Shown one piece after another: positions 14,042 to 19,119 of a stretch of DNA of 19,119 bases. The notes under the pieces were generated by a model. That model did no database searches and was not told where the DNA came from. It saw nothing but the letters and a program-made list of their open reading frames with translations. The stretch's first letter is position 1, and each line of letters begins with the position of its first letter. This DNA is from a virus, in UHGV virus genome UHGV-0349885; one strand, written 5' to 3'. The translations under genes and the position numbers were made by a program.

Positions 14042-14391
14042 AAAAAAAGACGGTATTTAAATAGGGTGGGTGTTTAATACCCTAGGGGGATCGGAATCCC
14101 TACACCCCATTGCTTATGAGACCGCATTCCCCGTCAAATTTTTACACCCGCGAAATTAAAAAAATGCGTCACGCTGGTGGGTGTGATGCTGATATGGGGA
14201 TTTCCATAACCGAGATTAAGCAAAGAGCAAACTTGCCCCCTGTAGCCAAACATAGTAACCATCTAAGCCCCTTTTTTATCTTAATTTAGCTGATTTTTCC
14301 GTGTTTATACGGACTAGAATTTGTACCAAACGCAAAAGCGATGTCTTCTTTATTCCTTTAAATTCAATTTATTATCTTGCTTGTTTGCTTT

Positions 14392-14402
14392 CATATCTGG
14401 AC
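14392..14402 (+). repeat. attR core: right copy of 11-bp direct repeat CATATCTGGAC
   Basis: Identical to 2503-2513; terminase homology resumes exactly here (HIWTAYSPFTTWVQIV). Confidence 0.75.
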
Positions 14403-15348
14403 GGCGTACAGTCCGTTCACCACCTGGGTACAGATTGTCTATGACTGGCTGGATGCACTGAAAGATCCCAACGGCCTGAAAACCTTTGTGAACACCACGC
14501 TGGGCGAGACCTGGGAAGAGGCTGTGGGCGAAAAAATCGATCACCAGGTACTGATGGATAAGGTTGTGCGTTACACGGCGGCGGTGCCTGCCCGGGTGGT
14601 TTATCTGACGGCGGGCATTGACTCGCAGCGAAACCGTTTTGAGATGTATGTCTGGGGATGGGCTCCGGGAGAGGAAGCCTTTCTGGTGGATAAAATCATC
14701 ATTATGGGGCGTCCCGATGAGGAAGAGACGCTGTTACGTGTGGATGCGGCGATCAACAAAAAATACCGCCATGCAGACGGAACCGAAATGACTATTTCCC
14801 GTGTCTGCTGGGACATCGGGGGGATCGATGGCGAAATCGTTTATCAGAGGTCAAAAAAACACGGTGTTTTCCGGGTGCTGCCGGTAAAAGGCGCATCTGT
14901 CTATGGCAAGCCGGTGATCACCATGCCAAAAACCCGCAATCAGCGGGGCGTGTATCTGTGTGAAGTGGGGACGGACACCGCAAAAGAAATTCTCTATGCC
15001 CGTATGAAAGCCGATCCCACGCCTGTGGATGAAGCCACGTCGTATGCCATCCGTTTTCCTGATGATCCGGAGATTTTTTCGCAGACAGAGGCGCAGCAAC
15101 TGGTCGCGGAAGAGCTTGTGGAGAAGTGGGAAAAAGGAAAGATGCGTCTGCTGTGGGATAACAAAAAGCGGCGTAACGAAGCGCTGGACTGCCTGGTGTA
15201 TGCCTACGCGGCATTACGTGTGTCCGTGCAACGCTGGCAGCTTGATCTGGCTGTACTGGCAAAATCCCGGGAAGAAGAGACGACCCGGCCAACCCTGAAA
15301 GAACTGGCAGCGAAGCTGTCCGGAGGAGTGAATGGTTACAGTCGCTGA
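14392..15348 (+). CDS. A: Terminase large subunit (lambda gpA-like), C-terminal 315 codons downstream of the insertion; the ORF track extends it to an in-frame TTG at 14377 inside element DNA
   Basis: Colinear with lambda gpA C-terminal half (FHIWTAYSPFTTWVQIV, FVNTTLGETWE, YLTAGIDSQ, RVCWDIGGID, SKKHGVFRVLPVKGASVYGKP, EVGTDTAKE, KRRNEALDCLVYAYAALR); the N part plus this part total 642 codons, against lambda gpA 641 aa. Confidence 0.85.
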   Translation, partial: HIWTAYSPFTTWVQIVYDWLDALKDPNGLKTFVNTTLGETWEEAVGEKIDHQVLMDKVVRYTAAVPARVVYLTAGIDSQRNRFEMYVWGWAPGEEAFLVDKIIIMGRPDEEETLLRVDAAINKKYRHADGTEMTISRVCWDIGGIDGEIVYQRSKKHGVFRVLPVKGASVYGKPVITMPKTRNQRGVYLCEVGTDTAKEILYARMKADPTPVDEATSYAIRFPDDPEIFSQTEAQQLVAEELVEKWEKGKMRLLWDNKKRRNEALDCLVYAYAALRVSVQRWQLDLAVLAKSREEETTRPTLKELAAKLSGGVNGYSR

Positions 15349-15538
15349 ACTACAGGCGCTACGTCAGGCGCGCCTTGATTTATTAACCGGTAAACGGGTG
15401 GTGTCTGTCCAGAAAGATGGTCGCAGAATTGAATATACGGCGGCTTCTCTGGATGAGCTTAACCGGGCGATCAATGATGCGGAGTCGGTACTGGGGACAA
15501 CCCGACGTCGCCGTCGTCCGCTGGGAGTGAGGTTATGA
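15332..15538 (+). CDS. W: Head-tail joining protein, lambda gpW-like
   Basis: 68 aa; LLTGKRVVSVQKDGRRIEYTAASL ... RRRRRP matches lambda gpW ([24 protein letters not shown] ... QRRRGP, from memory). Confidence 0.85.
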   Translation: MVTVAELQALRQARLDLLTGKRVVSVQKDGRRIEYTAASLDELNRAINDAESVLGTTRRRRRPLGVRL

Positions 15539-17127
15539 AACGAACGCCTGTCCTGATTGATGTGAACGGCGTTCCGCTTCGTGAGAGTCTCAGCTACAAC
15601 GGGGGCGGCGCAGGATTTGGCGGGCAAATGGCGGAGTGGTTGCCACCGGCGCAGAGTGCCGATGCAGCCCTGCTGCCTGCGTTGCGTCTGGGGAATGCCC
15701 GGGCAGATGATCTGGTGCGCAATAACGGAATAGCGGCTAATGCGGTGGCTCTGCATAAGGATCACATTGTCGGGCATATGTTTCTGATCAGCTACCGTCC
15801 GAACTGGCGCTGGCTGGGGATGCGGGAGACCGCAGCAAAAAGCTTTGTCGATGAGGTGGAGGCGGCCTGGTCGGAATACGCCGAAGGGATGTTTGGCGAG
15901 ATCGACGTGGAAGGAAAACGCACGTTCACGGAATTTATCCGTGAAGGTGTGGGCGTTCATGCGTTTAACGGCGAAATCTTTGTGCAGCCGGTCTGGGATA
16001 CGGAAACCACGCAGTTATTCCGTACGCGTTTTAAAGCCGTGAGTCCGAAACGGGTGGACACGCCTGGACACGGTATGGGGAACCGTTTTCTGCGGGCCGG
16101 TGTGGAGGTCGATCGATATGGCCGTGCCGTCGCGTACCATATTTGTGAGGACGATTTTCCGTTCTCTGGTAGTGGACGATGGGAACGGATCCCGCGTGAA
16201 CTTCCCACCGGGCGTCCGGCCATGCTGCATATTTTCGAGCCGGTGGAGGACGGGCAGACCCGTGGGGCTAATCAGTTTTACAGCGTCATGGAACGGCTGA
16301 AGATGCTCGATTCCCTGCAGGCAACACAGCTTCAGTCGGCCATAGTGAAGGCGATGTATGCAGCGACGATTGAAAGTGAACTTGATACCGAAAAGGCCTT
16401 TGAATATATCGCCGGTGCGCCGCAGGGGCAGAAGGATAATCCGCTTATTAATATTCTGGATAAGTTCTCCACCTGGTATGACACGAATAGCGTGACGCTG
16501 GGCGGTGTCAAAATTCCGCACCTTTTCCCCGGTGATGATCTGAAACTTCAGACCGCGCAGGATTCAGACAATGGATTTTCGGCGCTTGAACAGGCGCTGC
16601 TGCGGTATATCGCCGCCGGTCTTGGCGTTTCCTACGAACAGTTGTCCCGTGATTACTCGAAGGTCAGTTATTCAAGTGCCCGCGCATCCGCCAATGAGTC
16701 GTGGCGCTATTTTATGGGGCGGCGAAAATTTATTGCGTCCCGGCTGGCCACGCAGATGTTTTCCTGCTGGCTGGAAGAGGCACTTCTTCGGGGGATTATT
16801 CGTCCGCCACGGGCACGTTTTGATTTTTATCAGGCGCGATCAGCCTGGTCACGGGCTGAGTGGATTGGAGCCGGAAGAATGGCCATTGACGGGCTCAAGG
16901 AGGTTCAGGAATCAGTGATGCGCATTGAGGCCGGACTGAGCACGTATGAGAAAGAGCTGGCGCTGATGGGCGAGGATTATCAGGACATTTTCCGCCAGCA
17001 GGTCAGGGAATCTGCAGAGCGGGAAAAAGCCGGACTCTCACGTCCGGTGTGGATAGCGCAGGCGTATCAGCAGCAGATAGCGGAGAGTCGCAGGCCGGAA
17101 GAGGAGACAACACCACGTGAGACGTAA
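15535..17127 (+). CDS. B: Portal protein, lambda gpB-like
   Basis: 530 aa, gene order W-B-C as in lambda, start overlaps the W stop (ATGA); size and position match lambda gpB (533 aa). Confidence 0.85.
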   Translation: MKRTPVLIDVNGVPLRESLSYNGGGAGFGGQMAEWLPPAQSADAALLPALRLGNARADDLVRNNGIAANAVALHKDHIVGHMFLISYRPNWRWLGMRETAAKSFVDEVEAAWSEYAEGMFGEIDVEGKRTFTEFIREGVGVHAFNGEIFVQPVWDTETTQLFRTRFKAVSPKRVDTPGHGMGNRFLRAGVEVDRYGRAVAYHICEDDFPFSGSGRWERIPRELPTGRPAMLHIFEPVEDGQTRGANQFYSVMERLKMLDSLQATQLQSAIVKAMYAATIESELDTEKAFEYIAGAPQGQKDNPLINILDKFSTWYDTNSVTLGGVKIPHLFPGDDLKLQTAQDSDNGFSALEQALLRYIAAGLGVSYEQLSRDYSKVSYSSARASANESWRYFMGRRKFIASRLATQMFSCWLEEALLRGIIRPPRARFDFYQARSAWSRAEWIGAGRMAIDGLKEVQESVMRIEAGLSTYEKELALMGEDYQDIFRQQVRESAEREKAGLSRPVWIAQAYQQQIAESRRPEEETTPRET

Positions 17128-18622
17128 TCTTTCACACATTATTGCCGCAGCATTCAATGAACCGCTGCTTCTGGAGCCCGCCTATGCGCGGGTTTTCTTT
17201 TGCGCGCTCGGGCGCGAGATGGGGGCAGCAAGTCTTTCGGTACCACAACAGCAGGTACAGCTTGATGCTCCCGGAATGCTGGCTGAAACGGACGAGTACA
17301 TGGCCGGAGGTAAACGACCGGCCCGTGTTTACCGGGTGGTGAACGGTATTGCGGTACTGCCGGTGACCGGCACGCTGGTGCACCGGCTGGGGGGGATGCG
17401 GCCATTTTCCGGAATGACTGGCTATGACGGCATTGTCGCCTGTCTTCAGCAGGCAATGGCAGATAGCCAGGTGCGGGGCATACTGCTGGACATTGACAGT
17501 CCGGGCGGGCAGGCCGCTGGCGCGTTTGACTGCGCTGACATGATTTACCGCCTCCGTCAGCAGAAGCCGGTCTGGGCACTGTGTAATGACACGGCCTGTT
17601 CTGCGGCCATGCTGCTGGCGTCGGCCTGCTCCCGACGGCTGGTTACCCAGACATCCCGTATCGGTTCCATTGGCGTGATGATGAGCCATGTCAGCTATGC
17701 CGGTCATCTGGCGCAGGCCGGTGTGGATATCACGCTGATTTACTCAGGGGCGCACAAGGTGGATGGCAATCAGTTTGAAGCGTTGCCGGCAGAGGTTCGC
17801 CAGGACATGCAGCAGCGGATTGATGCGGCGCGCCGGATGTTTGCCGAAAAAGTGGCGATGTTTACCGGTCTGTCTGTTGATGCAGTCACGGGAACAGAGG
17901 CCGCTGTTTTTGAAGGTCAGTCCGGCATTGAGGCCGGGCTGGCGGATGAATTAATCAATGCGTCGGATGCCATCAGTGTGATGGCCACGGCGCTGAACAG
18001 TAATGTCAGAGGAGGCACTATGCCGCAATTAACTGCAACGGAAGCCGCCGTGCAGGAGAACCAGCGAGTGATGGGGATCCTGACATGCCAGGAAGCGAAA
18101 GGACGTGAACAGCTTGCCACGATGCTGGCAGGGCAACAGGGCATGAGCGTTGAACAGGCCCGGGCGATTCTGGCCGCGGCGGCACCGCAGCAGCCGGTGG
18201 CATCCGCGCAGAGTGAAGCCGATCGCATTATGGCGTGTGAAGAAGCGAACGGTCGTGAACAACTGGCGGCAACGCTGGCGGCGATGCCGGAGATGACGGT
18301 GGAAAAAGCCCGCCCGATCCTGGCGGCTGCACCACTGGCGGATGCCGGGCCCTCGCTTCGTGATCAGATCATGGCCCTGGATGAGGCAAAAGGGGCAGAA
18401 GCGCAGGCTGAAAAACTGGCGGCCTGCCCGGGAATGACCGTGGAGAACGCCCGGGCTGTGCTGGCTGCGGGATCAGGTAAGGCCGAACCGGTCTCTGCAT
18501 CCACAACCGCCCTGTTTGAACATTTCATGGCGAATCATTCACCGGCAGCGGTGCGGGGTGGCGTGTCACAGACGTCAGCAGACGGTGATGCGGACGTGAA
18601 AATGCTCATGGCCATGCCATGA
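17117..18622 (+). CDS. C: Head maturation protease (S49/ClpP-like, lambda gpC-like) with in-frame C-terminal scaffold (Nu3-like) region containing three tandem repeats
   Basis: GTG start at 17117; N-terminus IIAAAFNEPLLLEPAYARVFFCAL matches lambda gpC (IASMAFNEPLMLEPAYARVFFCAL); protease-core motifs GIAVLPV.GTL and SIGVMMSHV; C-terminal three repeats of about 40 aa containing REQLA..LA...GM.VE.AR.ILAAA. Confidence 0.9.
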   Translation: MRRNLSHIIAAAFNEPLLLEPAYARVFFCALGREMGAASLSVPQQQVQLDAPGMLAETDEYMAGGKRPARVYRVVNGIAVLPVTGTLVHRLGGMRPFSGMTGYDGIVACLQQAMADSQVRGILLDIDSPGGQAAGAFDCADMIYRLRQQKPVWALCNDTACSAAMLLASACSRRLVTQTSRIGSIGVMMSHVSYAGHLAQAGVDITLIYSGAHKVDGNQFEALPAEVRQDMQQRIDAARRMFAEKVAMFTGLSVDAVTGTEAAVFEGQSGIEAGLADELINASDAISVMATALNSNVRGGTMPQLTATEAAVQENQRVMGILTCQEAKGREQLATMLAGQQGMSVEQARAILAAAAPQQPVASAQSEADRIMACEEANGREQLAATLAAMPEMTVEKARPILAAAPLADAGPSLRDQIMALDEAKGAEAQAEKLAACPGMTVENARAVLAAGSGKAEPVSASTTALFEHFMANHSPAAVRGGVSQTSADGDADVKMLMAMP

Positions 18623-18658
18623 AGTCAGTGCTGACCATCAATATGAGGTTTTAACAAA

Positions 18659-19006
18659 ATGGTGACGAAAACCATCACTGAACAGCGTGCGGAAGTACGT
18701 ATTTTTGCCGGTAATGATCCGGCTCATACCGCCACAGGCAGCAGCGGGATTTCTTCTGCAACACCGGCTCTGACGCCCCTGATGCTGGATGAAGCCACCG
18801 GGAAACTGGTGGTCTGGGATGGACAGAAAGCCGGTAGTGCGGTTGGCATACTGGTACTGCCGCTTGAAGGCACAGAGACGGTGCTGACCTATTACAAGTC
18901 GGGGACCTTTGCGACGGAGGCAATCCGCTGGCCTGACAGTGTGGATGAACACAAAAAGGCAAATGCCTTTGCCGGCACAGCCCTGAGTCACGCGGCTCTG
19001 CCGTAA
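18659..19006 (+). CDS. D: Head decoration protein, lambda gpD-like
   Basis: 115 aa; DPAHTATGSSG...TPLMLDEATGKLVVWDG...GILVLP...YYKSGTFATEAIRWPDS...KKANAFAGTA closely follows lambda gpD (from memory); GAGG SD upstream. Confidence 0.85.
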   Translation: MVTKTITEQRAEVRIFAGNDPAHTATGSSGISSATPALTPLMLDEATGKLVVWDGQKAGSAVGILVLPLEGTETVLTYYKSGTFATEAIRWPDSVDEHKKANAFAGTALSHAALP

Positions 19007-19063
19007 CACGTTATCAGGCCACCATGGTGACCTGACTGATTTCTGAATGAAAGGAACTGATTT

Positions 19064-19119
19064 ATGGGATTGTTTACGACCCGCCAGTTACTCGGTTATA
19101 CCGAACAAAAAGTGAAATT
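19064..19119 (+). CDS. E: Major capsid protein, lambda gpE-like (5' end only; continues beyond window)
   Basis: ATG 19064 with AAGGAA SD; MGLFTTRQLLGYTEQKVK parallels lambda gpE N-terminus MSMYTTAQLLAANEQKFKF; truncated by the window end. Confidence 0.7.
   Translation, partial: MGLFTTRQLLGYTEQKVK

Larger units (their letters stand above)
2514..14391. mobile_element. Integrated satellite-like element (PICI/P4-like, about 11.9 kb) inserted in the prophage large-terminase gene; carries int, alpA/xis, BRO-N gene, repressor/operator switch, primase plus iteron ori, SSB, capsid-remodelling genes, Nu1-like gene and multiple cos sites
   Basis: Bounded by 11-bp direct repeats inside terL; tyrosine integrase adjacent to the left junction; self-contained replication and packaging-signal modules; host terL halves are colinear with lambda gpA across the insertion. 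Confidence 0.75.

Noticed and set aside
14085-14120. tRNA-like T-arm lookalike (GGGATCGGAATCCC) near attR, considered as a tRNA-gene fragment of a P4-type attP
   Set aside because: No acceptor-stem or anticodon-arm partner could be found by eye, and the actual integration core lies in terL, not a tRNA; probably coincidental.
2503-14402. Interpretation of the terL interruption as a group I intron, intein or homing-endonuclease insertion
   Set aside because: The insert is about 11.9 kb, is flanked by direct repeats, begins with a tyrosine integrase and carries complete replication and packaging modules; that is an integrative mobile element, not a self-splicing element.
1-19119. CRISPR array, rRNA or tRNA genes
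   Set aside because: No regularly spaced repeat-spacer array and no rRNA or tRNA-like sequence was found; the repeat families present (iterons, operators, cos cores, GTGAC array) are explained above.

Overview
This window is a lambda-like prophage late region interrupted by an integrated satellite-like element of about 11.9 kb. Everything here is read by eye from the sequence and compared with lambda sequences recalled from memory; no searches were run. The prophage part runs Rz/Rz1 spanins (102-569), a lambda-type cos site (cosN GGGCGGCGACCT at 823-834), Nu1-like small terminase (1011-1559), then a gpA-like large terminase split into an N-terminal part (1531-2513) and a C-terminal part (14392-15348), followed by gpW, portal gpB, protease/scaffold gpC-Nu3, decoration gpD and the start of capsid gpE. 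The insertion (about 2514-14391) is flanked by a perfect 11-bp direct repeat CATATCTGGAC inside the terminase codons F-H-I-W-T, and joining the two halves would give a 642-aa protein. The element carries a P4-type integrase, AlpA/Xis-like protein, BRO-N antirepressor-like protein, a divergent promoter with three GTGTT-N-AACAC operators, tandem Icd-like ORFs, a run of small overlapping ORFs, a P4-alpha/D5-type primase with an iteron origin, and an SSB-like protein. It also carries its own diverged gpE-like capsid, gpD-like decoration and Nu3-like scaffold genes, a Nu1-like small-terminase N-terminal homolog, two complete cos sites in inverted orientation (cosN 12875-12886 and 13634-13645) and a degenerate cos remnant (10401-10448). 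I read it as a cos-packaged, capsid-remodelling satellite (PICI/P4-like) sitting inside its helper prophage's terminase gene. No rRNA, tRNA or CRISPR array was seen.
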